Notes under the pieces: generated by a model
What the model was told of the DNA's origin: nothing
The model's input: the letters and a program-made list of their open reading frames with translations, nothing else
Databases searched by the model: none
Origin: Fimicolochytrium jonesii
Lineage: Eukaryota
Assembly (NCBI RefSeq): GCF_025526975.1
Contig: NW_026515682.1
Location: forward strand, 186,001 to 250,000
Direction of reading: 5' to 3'
DNA length: 64,000 nt
Part shown: positions 48,281-64,000 of the stretch, one piece after another
Numbering within the stretch: the first letter of the stretch is position 1
Layout: each line of letters starts with the position of its first letter
Made by a program: the position numbers and the translations under genes

Positions 48281-49883
48281 ATGCCAGTTTGTCAATATCA
48301 CTTGCGTGGGACTTGCAGGTTTGGCAACGCTTGCCGCAATGAACACACAGGTATGTACTTATTTGGATTCGCGGCACCGCAAGCCTTTCGCTTTAGCTGC
48401 CATGTTTGACGTCTTGTGCTCGCCAAAGCTCAGATCGAACTGTGTAGCTGACGGAATTCTGTAGGGGCTGCAGGGGCTGGCGGCGGCGGGGCTGGTGGTG
48501 GAGGCTTTGGAGGTGGTTTTAGAAGTGGGGGCGGAGGAGGCTTTGGAGGGGCAGCCAATAACTCCAACGCGTCAGGGAGTCCATTCGGTGGTCGGAACAC
48601 CCAACAACAGCAGCAACCACAACAGGCGGCCGTGGACACCGTAGCCACTTTGATCAATGACCTGACAGGACCGGATGCAAAATCGAGGTGGCCCTTGTCT
48701 TCGTATGGAAGCGACGGCATTTCGCTTCTGAAGGGCTTGGACCTTTCGTTCGAGGAGTATAGATGGGAAGTTTACAGTGATCTTCGACAAACCGGAACGA
48801 TGAACAATGCGGTAGGTTTCATGGCGTTCACATACTCGCAGGTGGGAACGTTGGTCGTAATCGCAAATTTACCCTCAGCTTGCCAAAATCGGATCGTTAT
48901 ATTCGAGCGTACAGCAATCAACGAACGCAATAGTAGCAAACCCGAGTGCCGCTTTAGCAAACGCTCAGCAAGAGTCAGGAGCAGCCGGTCTTGCATCGGC
49001 GTTGAGCAACCCCACCGCGCTTGGATCGGCGACATCCAGTGCGTTCGGCTCGGCAACACCATCGCGGTTCGGTTCCGCACCACCGTCGGCATTCGGTCCA
49101 ACACAATCGGCATTTGGATCGACACCATCGGCGTTCGGGTCAACGCCATCATCAGCATTCGGTGCCGGTGCAAAAACGTCGGCGTTTGGCAGCGTTGGAG
49201 GCGCATCAAGCGCGATTGGCAACACTGCCCCGACTTTTGGTAGTCTTGGGTTCGGAAGCGTCGGCGCTGGGTCCAGCGCCTTCCAGTTAGCAAACAGTGC
49301 CTTCGGGGCACCCGCCGCATCAGCTTTCGGGAATTCTGCGGCATCTGCTTTCGGGGCACCTGCAGCGACAGCTTTCGGAGCAAAACCTGCGGCCGGAACC
49401 CCCGCGCAATCAGCATTTGGCGCCCCATCGCCGGCGTCCGTTTTTGGTTCGTCTGGCAGTGCTTTCGGTCAAAGTGGGTTTGGCAAGAGTCCATCTGCGT
49501 TTGGACAAACAGGATTTGGTACTCCTGCGGCGGCAGCTTTTGGAAGTGGTGGCGGCTCGTCTTTCGGCGCTGCCACACCTGCAACTACAGCTGCACCGAG
49601 CGCATTCTCTGCCTTTGGACAGCCACAGCCGAGCACGGATATCCCCACAGCGCCACCATCACAATCAGCAACCGCCTTCCCATCATCAACACAAGCACCG
49701 GGCGCGTCAACAACGCAGGCTGCGGGCGGTTTCGGACCACCACCAGCGCAACAAGTGACTGGGACGGATGTAGCAGGAGCTGCTGCAGGCACCTTGGACC
49801 CAGACCTGCAAGCTGCATTCATGAGCCCTGCATTCGAATTCGGCAAGATACCCGGCATTGTACCTCCACCACAGTTTCGCTGA
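48281..49883 (+). CDS. Amo1/NUP42(NUPL2)-like CCCH zinc finger FG nucleoporin
   Basis: MPVCQYHLRGTCRFGNACRNEH, WPLSSYG..DLSFEEYR, many SAFG repeats, and C-terminal FEFGKIPGIVPP. Confidence 0.88.
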
Positions 49884-50227
49884 CCTCTTCGGCCACTCAC
49901 CGTCCCGCAATTCTGTCCGGGAGTAACCAGTGCCCAAAGCAAGAGCTTGTGAGATTTGGTGCACCAGTCATGTCAATTAGCGCATATGATGCTCACTTCT
50001 TGAAGAACACCAAGGTAGACATCACCTCACATATACCCGAACCTCGTAGGGCCATCAGCATCTGCATGTCTTGAGCAAGAATCTATTTGTACCATATTTA
50101 CAAGAATTTACAGTATTCGACAGTGGTCTCGATGTCGGGGTTTGCTCGGCAGCAATGACTGGTGCATTTGTTTTCTTGCGTGTCTCGCATCCGGCCAACC
50201 AATGACCAGAATTATACGCCTTGCAGT

Positions 50228-53200
50228 CTACCAGAATGCACACCATCCGATGTAACACTAAATTTGAATGAAAAGCATGAATGGCAATGGAGTGATACAC
50301 GACAATCTCGAATATTGAAACGTACTTGACATAGGTTCTCCAAAGACGTAGCCTGCAGAATCAACCTCTGCACTTGATTCCGTACGTCCAGAGTTTGGTT
50401 CGGTCGGAAATCTCGTCCAGTCAGCTTGTTTGACACACGGTTGATGACGGTCAATGCCCGAGTGTTCAGTGCTTCTGGCTTTCCGACTTGATCGTCCTCT
50501 ACGAAAGCCATCAGTAAAGGTATTGCAACATTCTTCATCAGGAAAGATTGAAGACGCGCACCACTAGAAATCAGGTCGTTTTCATTCTTCTGCAGCTTTC
50601 GGCTTGCCGGGAAGTTCCTTGTTTGCGCCGCCTCATCAAGCAGGTCTGAAAGCAAAGGCAATCAGCAAACATTTTATGGCATCTGAAAGGAAACACGGGT
50701 GCATACCTGTGCCCCTCTCAGTCTGTCGCATTGGTTTCGCATCTACAAAGTGAGTTTTAGTGTGGTTAGCGATGATACGCTCCTCCTGTTGAAAAGGTTG
50801 AGCAATACCTTGTTTGGGACTCGCCGTCGACAGCAGCCTCCAGTTGATGAGAGGATCGTACACAAAGGCTTCAAGGACAGCCATCAGACTGTCTTTGTTA
50901 TCTCGCAAAACAGTCATGACATTTTCACACGTTATCCGGAAGTTCCCTTCAATTCCGGATACCTATCCACGGGCAACATGTACGTTCCTCAGCCATTGCA
51001 GGTTACGGCCAAGCCAGGAAGTTTGTAGCATACCTCCATAGCGTTGATCAGCATTCGCGTTAGCCGGAATGGAATCATTTCTGGGAACTTTTCGCGATGC
51101 ATTGCAACCTTACGACCCCAGATCCAGTAAGTGCACGGATTTTCATCAAGATTCAATCAAGCATGAGGAACATACCTCGAAACAATCTCCGAAATCGATA
51201 TGCACCACTTTGCCAGTAAATCTGTCCAGCATGAGATTGGACGGGTGACGATCTCCCAATCCCAGTATATAGCCAACCATAGACATTGTCGCCAGTGACC
51301 TCGTGTAGTTTGTGCGGCGGTCGAGCCAAACCTCGGAATTCTTGCTCTTGAGCCACAAGACTTTATACAGATCTTGCCCGGTCGTGTTTTCCAGCGCATA
51401 CTCGAAGACTTCCACCTTCTGCAGCAATGTCAGATTGTCGTAGTCGGGAGCCATCTGAAGCATTAATCTATGTTCGATATTGAGCAGAATCTTGCGAGAC
51501 TCTCTGTAATCACGAATGAGGGTGTGTAGAGTGTCACAGTGCGGTACCCAGCCGATCAGACCCGAGTTTGGCGACAAAGGAATGACAGGGAATCGCTGAA
51601 TGTTGAGATGCCTTTTGAACGTCTCTGCGTCTGTCGAAAGTAAGGTGTTAACAAGCCCGAACAGCTGCATGACACGTTCGTCCTGTCGCAGGTCTTCGTG
51701 TCCTTTCAGAAGGTAGGCATAATCCCGGCCATCGCTCCCCTTGATCGTCAGTCGGCGAGGTCGCTGTTTCGAGGTGATCACCGTGAGAGTTGGCACGAAC
51801 GACGAAATCTTGACAACGGGCTCGGAGCTTCGGTAGTATCCGGGAACGGAGAGTTCCAAGTCGCGGGCGGCTAAAAGCTTCGGTGACACGTATTGCAATT
51901 CGAGCGTTGTCAACTGCGGTAGCTGCTTCCTGATTCTCTGGAAAACCAGGTAGTACAGATCCCAGGCTTGGTTCAGGTCGTTCACGCTCTGCGTTCGCCG
52001 GAACCTCCTGCACCAATCCAGGGCTTCTTGAAGATCCCGTCCAAACGTTTGATTGAAAGAGATCTCCCTTAAGGTCTCTGGCCCTCTTTCGAGCATGTGA
52101 TGCAGCGGTTCCAACGTGGCAAACATCCCTTCGACGTTATGATCACCGAAATAGAGCCTCGAGGCCTCCTCCAATCCTTCGTACCACATCTCATGCCATA
52201 AGATAGCGACGCGGATGAGTTCCTGACTGACTAGCAACGCCTGTTCGACCAGAGTGGCACTGTGCATGCGCATCTTGTCGATAATAGCCAGGGCGGCTTT
52301 CTTACGGGACGTGCTTTGCGATTTCGAAGCCACCGTAAGCGAGTACACAAGGGCCTGAGGATGCTCCTTCCCAACGTCCGCAAGCAAGTGATGAATCAGG
52401 CGACGCACATGGGGACTTGGCGTGTGAATACGAGCAATGAGTTGTGGAATGACCTGCAACCACGTGTCGATGCTGACGCTATTGAACCCTTCACCGATCG
52501 CAATGTTGACGTCCTGCTGGAAACCGTATTTGAACCATAAGGTGAGCAACCTGAGCGTATCTTGCAAAGAGTTTTCCTTTGACAGAGCGATTGACCGAAA
52601 GAATCCTTGCACGGAAGGTACAACGTGCGAGACCAGGATTTGCGATGGAATGGTCTCGTGAACTTTCTCGTAGTGAGAGATAACCTCGAAGTTGGCAAGC
52701 GCCCACGCGTGCCACGCTTTGTACCAGTCCTTGTCACAATGGGTGGCCGCCAGGTAGGACCTCAGAATCTCCGGGATGACGTTATCGTTGAGCTCCTCCT
52801 GAAGGGCGATCTGCCATTCGCCCAACTTCAGATAACAGCGAGCCAGCAGCTTCACGAGCTCGCCTTTCCCAGAGTCACTATTCTGCGTCTCGATCTGGGC
52901 ATTGATGTCGTTCAGACTAGTGATGCCAAGTCTGTCCACGATACTCCTCGTGAAATCCTTCATTTGGCCGAAAGAATGTTCTCTGGAGCCGGATGCCCAC
53001 AAATGTTTCAAACATGCGTATACCACTGGTGGGGCATCATCTCTGATAGCGAGGGTACTGAAGTCCTTCGTGTCAGGGTGAATCAGTCCAGCTAGTGTCT
53101 TGTGAGAAAGGCCCAGCCTTCCACTCTTCCGACACAAGTTCGCGAACTTGATCCACATCTCCATATCGTCCCTGGGTTGTATGACCAAAGCGCGGACCTT

Positions 53201-56200
53201 CAACACTCTCTGCCACACTTCCACGTTTCGTTGACAGCCCCTTAGCCGAGAGAGCCATGTTTTCCGAATAGCAATCTGACGCTCCGGCTGGTCGTACAAT
53301 TGCTTGTACGTGATAATCTCCTCTAGCTCCGCAAGCATCTGAATACGTACGACGACGTCGTACGCTCGGCTGTAACTCTCGCCGACAAGGGCCATCAGCT
53401 CGGTGTCCAGTAGGTCCCGCGTGCGGTCGATATACTGAGCGGCTTGGGGATAAAGATTCTTGTGCAGTGCGAAAATCGCACGGAAGAACGCACTGTCGGG
53501 GCTTTCCTGCTTCATGACCGCAATGTATTCGTCCATAAGATCCCACTGCCGAAGACCCCACGCAGCAGCTGCCGCCAACGGTGCGATGGCCTTCTTGACG
53601 TCGTTCGGCGCATTTCCCCACCGGCTGTGCGCGACCTGGGACAAAGCTTCCCAATCGCCAAGGTTATGCAAACAACGCATTCGACCGAGCATGGCTTCCA
53701 CAGATCCCGGGTCTTCAGCCTGCTTCTTCTCGTATGCGGCCAACCCATCGTCCCAGCGATGCAGCTTTTCATACCAGGATTCCATAAGCTCCACATCGTG
53801 GTTCTGCTGAGCGTAGGTCAAGATTCCGACGGCAGAGTCAGGCTGCTGTAGCTTGTTGTTGATATGGATCAATGCTTCTATCGTGTTTGTCAAGGGTTCG
53901 GAAATGAACTCCAACTCCTTGTAGTGCAGCGCCTTGGCATAAGCGTGACATTTGGCGGCATACAGCCCAAGAGTCCTGATGTCGATAGGGAGAGCTTTGT
54001 CGTCATGCTCCATGAACTCCGCCAAGTTCAGTAAGGTCTGCAGGATCTCGGGCGGGATGTTGGGCGACGTCAACGCGGTTTCTAGACATCGGACAAGCTC
54101 GTCCTGGTACTGGTCGAAGAGCTCGCTCCAACAAGAAACGAACCCAGCGTTGAATAGCTCACGAGCTAGCGGGTAGTATACACCAGCCAAACTGGCGCAC
54201 GCACGAAGTGCATGGGAGGGTGACTCTTTCAATAGTTCCACACTGAACCGACGGATCCACTCTGCCCAGTCATCCTTTGTAGACCGTTGCGACGTCTCCC
54301 ACGCTTTCTTCAGTTGCTGTTGGTTCACTGGAAGCTTCTTTGTAGACGCTTCTGCAGGTGACTCTTCAGCCATTGCGACATCCAGCCGTTGGTCTCCATC
54401 TGTGGCAATCTCCTGAGGCAACGGCTCATTTTTCAAGAGCTTTGAGACGAGGAGATCGTATTTGGCGTGCTGAATGTGGTGTTTCACGAGCGTCTAAGAG
54501 AGACAGTCAATACTTGCGGTATATCGCGATTTCCAAAGGACATCCCTACCTTGTTGATCATCGGAACGAAAATGGCAAAATCAGATCCTAGCTGATATAT
54601 CAACGCACAAAGTGTATCCATGGCAACAGGGCGCATATCCTGTTGCGGCGAAGCGAGCACTCGAACAAGGGGATGAATGATCCTCGAGGCTTGATCCGAG
54701 AAGCTAATCTTTTTGCAAAGATGTCCGAATGTTTGAATGGCGTGTTTGCGAAGATGTGGAGGCACATCGGGGCGCTCGAAAAGCTTGACGATCACCGGAA
54801 CAACCAAATGGAGGTATTCCTCCAGATTGGCGCCAAACGTAATCATGGCATGCAAGACCTTCTGAGTCGGCAGCCGTCGTTCGCTCGTGTCGGCATCAAA
54901 TATTTGCAGCATCTGCGGAAGGAGCGTCGGGAGGTACACCTTGAACTCCCCATCCAAAGCGACAGCGATCGCTTCGACCAAAGAGAGAATGGTGATCTGG
55001 ATGTTGGAGGTTGGACTCCAGTACTCTTGGATCAAACCGAGGAGGTCTGTCAGGTAGCCTCGTATATGCTGCTTGACGATTGTGACCAGCAATCCGAGCT
55101 GCTGGAAATGGAACTCGAGCATTCCAATGGGACAACTCCTCATCATGCTCAGGAACGGTGGCATGATCTGATCGCGTAGGGTTAGCACCGACGATCTGCT
55201 AGGTGAAAACTAGGGGCGCTCAGACCAAGTTACATACCTGCGGCAAGAACGGTACACACTTCAACCCCAGCGTTTTGAAGATGTACATCACCGCCTGAAT
55301 CACCGCCGTGTGATGAATGCTGAGTGAAGGATCTTTGAGGATCTTCATGAGAGCATTGATGGCCACGGTCGGGTAGTATTCGTCGCTGGATGGACTCATT
55401 GACAGCGGCAAAGTCGTTTCGACATTGGGGCCATTCAGCACCGTCTCCTGATCCCCAGACGTGATCTGCCACGTAATGGGACGAATCTCCGTTAGCGGCT
55501 TCGTTCCCTGTCGCGCATAACAGGCATTTTCATACCTTGTGCTTGTAGGGATCAAGCGCACCCAGAATACCCATGACCTTCACAGTTTCCCTTCGGATTC
55601 CCGGAGATTGCTCGGTCTTCAGAATATCAATCAAGATATCCAAGAGTATCGGGTACTTCAGGTACGGTTCGATAACCCATCCCGTGTTGCTCGACAGCTG
55701 ACCCAATGTGTGCAAAGCCGCCTCTCGTTTCGTGGAGCTGCTTTGATCTTGCAGGGTTTCCATGATGATTGGCATCAAGTCGTCGAGAAAGGGTAAGAGA
55801 ACTTCGCCGCCGACCTGGGCAAGCTCACCGATAGCGGCGAGAACTTTGGACGCGACCCCTGAACTTGGGTCTTTCACTTTGGGAAGGAGAACCTTCATGA
55901 TGGGCTCCACGTAGGGTTTGATGAGCCGTTGTGCGGCTGATACGAGGTGCGTTAATAGCCGGGCACTTTCTTCTCGTTGACGACTAAAGAACAGACTCAA
56001 AGTCAGAAAGGCGGTCGAGAATTTTCGCGTCCTTCATCAGTACAACCTCACGCCAGAGTATTCTAGCTCCGTCAACAACTGAATGAGCGTTTTACGGAGT
56101 GACGGAAGAACATAAGCCGGGTTATGCACCGTCAGACGACCGATAATGGCGATCGCAAGCTCTCGGATGGCAAACACTTCATCGTTCAGCGCGACGAACA

Positions 56201-58682
56201 GTGTGCGGATATGCTCCGCTTGCGCGAGATGGAAATCGAACCGCTCATCCAGGGACGATAGAACCGTTTGCCGAATTATCGGGTCTGGATCAGTGATTCC
56301 AACAGTCAACAGCTTCTCCAAGATATCGCCGACCACCTGGATAGCGTGATTGCTGGTCTGATAGCAAATAGGATCGCGCCCAAGCAGCTGACAGCAAGTC
56401 AATGCCGCCGCCTTCCTCACTTCCGGATTATCATCTTCCAGGTATGACACCGCACATTCGCGGATAAGCTCGTGCAGCATGTACCCTGCGAAATCGAAAC
56501 CTCCTAGGGTTGTCAGAGCAAGGATTGTTGTTTCGACGTCGCGAGGTTCGCTGTTGATCTGCAGATAGCGAAATTGAGTGTACGCATCTCATTAACAGGA
56601 GTTCTCAACGCTCAAATACGAACCTGGAAATCACGCATGCTCTGAGTCAACGCCGCTTGTGCTGTCCGCGATGGCGCGCCAGGATGACGATATGGCTGTC
56701 CAGATAGGATCATGGACAGCAGATTCAGGAGTTTCTCTGGCCGCCGTGAAATGGCGTTAGCCAAGTGGGACGTAACTTTTTCATAGGCGGCCTCGTCGTC
56801 CTACCTTGGATGGTGGACAGCAGTGGCGGGATGTAGATGGACAAATCTACCAGAGCCTGTCGCAAAGGCTCCGAAAGTCCTCCAGCAAACATTTGCTCTA
56901 ACAGCTCATGCATGTACTTCGTCAACGCGGGACCAACAGCCTGAGCCAACATGCTGATGCACTGATAAATCGGCGCTTCGGTGACGAGACGGCCTTTCCT
57001 ATTGGTGGATATGAAGTGGTATATGAATGGGGACCCTGAAATATCGCCGACCGATTTCCTTACCCTTTGACGCTGAGGCCCTCCTTGATATTCTGCAGTG
57101 TGCTGTCCAAGTATGGACTAATGCTGCTGCCCACCGCTATCGCCACTTTTCCAATTGCGACGAAGCCTATCATCCCAGAGAAGCAATCAGTACTTCTTCG
57201 ACCATGCGCGACAGCCATGAATGACGGAAAACGGACCAGCTGATCGGTCTCGGTCCTTCTTTAGTTGCGCCAAGAGATATGCCATGCACCCATTCATGTA
57301 CGCGGCCACAAAGTCCGTCGGATCGAATTGGGCCAGAGCGGGAATCATCAGGATCACCGTTCGCCTGACAAGGCCATCCCGATGGTCCTTGTACTTCAGG
57401 ACGGATTCGCACAGCCCTTTGTACTTCTCTTGCGGGTACTTTTCAAGAAGTAAGAGTGTTGGTGCCCCACATACTCCGCAAGAGCACTTGAAAAAGGCCT
57501 CTCACCATTCCCTTCTGGCTGATGAGTTCTCGTAGGGTCAATAGCGATCCATGAATCGCGTCCGCGCTGCCTATCTTGAACCCTTTCTGCGTTTCTTCCA
57601 AGATCTTCTGATACCAAGATTTCCTTTGTCGGTTCTCACGGACATGAACCAGAGCCAGTGTAGCGTTCAAAGCTTCAGCGGCCCCTTCCCGGATAACCAC
57701 CTGCCGAACAATTATGAATCCCGTTCCCTCGTAGGTGGTTAGCGGCCAAGAAAGCTTACCCGAGGATCCCTCAAGGCGACCCAAATCAGGTCTAGAATCT
57801 GTCCCACAAATGCATATACCAATGTCGGTGCACTGACAGCGAGCTCACGCAGCACGAGAACCGCCGCGTAGCGACGTGCCTCATGTCGATCGCCTAGATG
57901 GAAGCAGTGAGCTTCCCCGTCTCCTCCGATCGTATCGGTTGCCCATCTTACGTGCCTTGCAGCCATTCCAAAGCTCGCTTTACTTCAAATTCCACAAATT
58001 CAGCGGTCAGAGTTCCACCCGATAAGGCCAGTTTCCCTAAAAGACGCGTGAGGTTCAGCTGCCGCCCCTCGCCACGAAGCTTGCATGATCCGAAGATGGG
58101 CTGTCCGCTGCCATACCGAGGGCCTTTGCCGCGAACACAGCGATTTGCGGATCACTTCCAGGAAGTACTATCCGCAGGTAGTTAGCGAAACGAGTTGTTT
58201 TCGTCGTGTTTTCCTCTCCATCAAAGTCGATCAATTTGTCTACGGTAAGCGACCGGTGAGTACATCCAGACCTCCGAGCCTTCTGGCGCTTTCCGGCTCG
58301 CCCATACCAATGGCAAGGATCCCTCCTATCTTGTCGTTATTGTCATTGCTGTGAATGAGTTCAAAGATGCGTCGGTTTACGTCGTTGACGAACTTTGTGA
58401 ATGCCTCGCCCGACACTTCGCGAGAAATGGCAGTGAACTTTGGCAAGTGAAGAATCAGTTTATGGCAGACCTAGATGCCCTGATACTCCAAGACTATGAC
58501 ATACGTGAGCTCGAAGGTCATTTGCGGCTTTGGTTCGCACTTCATCGTTGCTGAAATGTGCGAGTTGAGTGACAAGCAAGTCGAGACCACGATGTGGAGC
58601 TGGCACTTCAAATAACCTACCGAGATCGCAAGTCCGAGAGTATCCTGACTAGAGGCTCTGAGGCCGCGGCTGTTGAAGCCAT
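50228..58682 (-). CDS. TOR: TOR serine/threonine kinase (many exons)
   Basis: HEAT repeats, FAT, FRB ([21 protein letters not shown]), kinase [18 protein letters not shown] / GLGDRHPSN / DFGDCFE, and FATC ending YIGWCAFW*. Confidence 0.98.
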
Positions 58683-60189
58683 TCCTGCCTGGACTGTTGA
58701 GAGGACTTACACACTGCGCAGCGATTACTGATCTTGCATGCCAGTGCTTTTGTCGGCTTCCCGATTTCCATAAATTCCCAGCTAGTCGCAAATTCACTGT
58801 GGCCAAGCCCTCACAAATTCGTGATGACCGCACGCGACGAAAGCGACAAACTGACCCCACTTGACCGTTAAGCGTGGCCCACTCATATTGACTTTCGACT
58901 TTTTGAGTCGTGGCTTTCGCTCGCCCCCACCAACCTCAAGAAACCCGCAGGATGCAGGAGGAAGGGTTTGAGCTACCTATACTCTATTGCTATGCTACCG
59001 GGGTGCGTTAATTCAACGGTTTCAGCTGCGGCGCTCCAATCGACCCACTGTGACGAAATTCGGTCCGCAGTCACCGCAGGGCCGCCCGTTACGAACAGTG
59101 GGCTTGACTTCTCAGCGGCCGGTAAGCAGAACCTACCCTTGAATCAAAGCTGTTCGTGAGACGGGAGACGAAAAAGCCATGCAGTGGCCGGTAATCGAAG
59201 TTGGTTGGTCGGTGTGAGGTTTCTCAAGGGTTCCCATCTATTCCGCCCAAAATGCTCCTCTGAAGCCCTCCGGGATGCCAATGTGGGACAGTAGTGTTCC
59301 AGTTTTTGATGGCGGAAGTGGTTGAATGCGGGCGGCGATGGATTGCCGATGTGGCATTTGACTGAGGACATTCGGCCCCGCAATCAAATGCGTACATCGG
59401 TAAGAAATCTGTCGGAAACGGCATGCGAAAGGACGCAATGGCACAACCGGTCTCTCTGTAGACACAGAGATGAATCGCAACCTGAGCGGATCCAGCCTTC
59501 ACCCTGGTGATAATGCCCGACGCTCCATAACGCATGGATGATGCAGATGCACGGGGCCCTCTGTATATGTACAGTAGCGTTGAGAGAAATCATTACCCAT
59601 GAACAAAAGATCCTGATATGGGAGCCACATTTCGTCCGCCGGTCCACTCTTCTCCAAGTCATGGTCGGCGGTTGAAGGCATATCTGTCATGTCCGAACGC
59701 GAAGCTCTGCGTGTCCGAAAAAGGAGACAGTGGTCCATTGTCCCCTTCTCCTCCCTCAGGTACTTACTCTGCAGTATCGATATGGATATTCATCTATAGA
59801 GATGGCTGATTAGACTGATTCATTCCGAAATTCAAAGTCCATCAAGCTGAAAATGTGCCGTGCCCGTCCTGGGATTGATCAGCTTGGAAATGCCGCATCA
59901 ACTTAGAAGGAGGCGTAAGTATCTTGGCTTGCATTGTCCATGACAACAAGACTTCGCGCAAACAAGTGGGCACATTGCCTGTTGAGCCTTCAGGTCGGGG
60001 TAAATTAGCGCGAGCAAGTGCGCATAAGCAGGCGCGGAAAAAAAAACGGGTGCAAGCGACGCAGTCAAAAAGGGTGTCATCCCCTTAGGGGCCGTCAAGG
60101 CTGACGGAACAAGAATCATTCATTGCACACGCGGTTGGCGTCCTCCGGGAAGTAAAAACTCAACACCATGCCATTGAAAACAGAACCGT

Positions 60190-61730
60190 TCAGTCATCAT
60201 ATTCGTCGGGCGGAGGTGGTTCGGAGTCAGAATCATCGTCCACAGGTTCATTTGATGGAACCCTATCCAGAGGTTTCGTGATGTGGTTGTCAACCGGGAG
60301 AACGCCCGAAAACTGCATGAACATACCCAAGGTCGTGTAATTGGGAGGACGAGGTGGGTTCAGCATGGTTTCGGGGTCGGCCCCGTTCAGAAGCTCGGTG
60401 GCCCATGCCGAGCCGTGCTTGGCCAATAAGGCGACGGGGACACCGTGGTGTTCAAACCAGGGGCGGTAGTTCGCTGTTATCTTATCCACGTCAAACCCGA
60501 GCTCCAGTATATTGCTGACCCAGAGCTTTGCCGTGTACGAATTCCACCCACCCGCCTCTGCACGCTGCTACCGCATGATCCACCGGCGGAAGGAGATCGG
60601 ATCATCGCGCAGGGTCTCGCCCACGCTCAACAGAGCAGCAAGAACGGACCTCAGCTGCAGGTCGACCACGAAACGCGTTTTCCGGGCCAGCCTTGGCAAA
60701 ACAATGCTACTGGGAGACTTGACTTCCAGCCGTGCTTCAAGAGCGTCGCGGACAAAGCGGTTAAGCGCGTTGAGGCGGCGCTCCATCTCAAACCTGTGTA
60801 CCGACCTCTGGTTTGTGACGTCGCCCTGATCAATACCGAAATTGTGTTCCCATCGCCGATACGCATGTTCGTCCCACGCGAGACGAACGCATTCATCGAA
60901 AGCTTGCTGAATGGAGAAGGCGGCGACCGAGGGAGTCCAGAACGGAAGTACCAGGATGTCGAGAAAGTTCATGGACGGCGGGGCGATTTCGATGCCTTCA
61001 AGGACAAACGGCGGACAGATCGTGTCAGGCGCCTTGTGTTTGAGAAGCGCGGTCAAGACATCGATCGGACACTGCGATACGGGCGGGATGGAACAAGCCT
61101 GTACGAGGAAACTTTTCAGAATCACAGGGTAATCTTCGGGACCAGTAAATTCGTCGTCTGTAGTGAAAACATGCTCAAAGAACTTTGTCCAGGAGAGCGG
61201 TCGATTGTGCCCTAGCCAGTGTGAAGTGTAAAAGACCGCCATGAGCGTGTGCGGCGGTCACATCTTGGAGTTCCAGGCGGAAGCCATGCAGCGCGGAACG
61301 CACCCACGGCACAAGATGCTTTGGCCCGCAGTAACGAGGAGAAAGGGGAGGCCGCGGAACATCGTGAGCTTGCAGAAAGTGGATCGAAGCCAGTTCCCCG
61401 GCAGAATGAGCGGCCTCCCATAGTGACTGCGGCTTGCTAGCGTCAAGCGCGTTTGCAAGATCCCAGACGGCCTCCATTGTGGTGGCTGGCGGTTGAAGGG
61501 CATGGGCGGGATTGCGGAGCGCACATTCCAGGTCGGCAATCCAGGTGTCCTCCAAACAACCCCACAAGGTAGGCGCGGCCGGCTTCGTCCATAGTTCCCT
61601 TAGAATCCCGATGTGGCCACGAACCATTGCAGCACGGCGGAAGCGCATCCAGAGTCAGAAGCGGTGAGCCCTCAATCCACGGACGAACAAAGCGAGCTAG
61701 GCGAGCTTGCCGTTCAGGGGCATGTCCGAA
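60190..61730 (-). pseudogene. Intronless orphan gene remnant
   Basis: ORFs 60568-61242 and 60190-60489 are in the same frame, separated by one TAG (60568-60570). Frame changes occur at ~61250 and ~61640. Acidic C-terminus. Confidence 0.55.
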
Positions 61731-61993
61731 CGCAGCCGAACGCGGTGTCCGAACGGGAAAACTGTGCGAACGGCCTTGTCCGGAGAAAGACCCATTTCTC
61801 CTGCCAGAAGCTTCCGTTTCGCAACAACCCCAGTGCACCGACATCAGAGAGAGCGTCGAAAACTTGCTGTGCAAGCCTCTTATTACAACCTCAAGCCGTT
61901 CTTGGACAGCCTTATCGAGACTCGACCTCGACCTGTCTATACGATCCGACCCTATCAAAGCTATAAGGCCATCGATTCGTCTCGGCAAGCGCA

Positions 61994-64000
<2,007 letters not shown>

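Overview
Eukaryotic DNA with many short GT-AG introns and fungal-type CTRAC branch points. It is most likely an early-diverging fungus such as a chytrid; this is inferred from protein style and not checked by search. The housekeeping backbone is: an SH3/WW CDC25-like GEF (5' part), citrate synthase, RIC1, VPS25, an ariadne RBR ligase, TMEM234, an L-rhamnose-1-dehydrogenase-like SDR, ceramide synthase, RAD1 (9-1-1), RBM26/27, an Amo1/NUP42-like nucleoporin, TOR and MCM6 (5' part). The standout is a mobile-DNA patch at about 3.6-6.0 kb. It holds a decayed Fanzor2 (eukaryotic TnpB-like RNA-guided nuclease) that the ORF track hides, because it is split by a 1-nt frameshift and a 127-bp TA-flanked MITE. 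Removing the MITE restores the zinc finger and RuvC-III motif. The gene is followed by a G-U-rich structured region (candidate omega RNA) and preceded by a spliced fragment of a CACTA/Plavaka-like transposase and a second, related MITE. Other notable items: a guanylate kinase-Mss4 fusion gene, an ascomycete-like rhamnose dehydrogenase (HGT candidate), a decayed IRBP-type S41 peptidase, a Sel1-repeat protein with a CaaX box, intronless orphan ORFs and an apparent frameshift in VPS25. All family assignments come from motif recognition by eye, without database searches.
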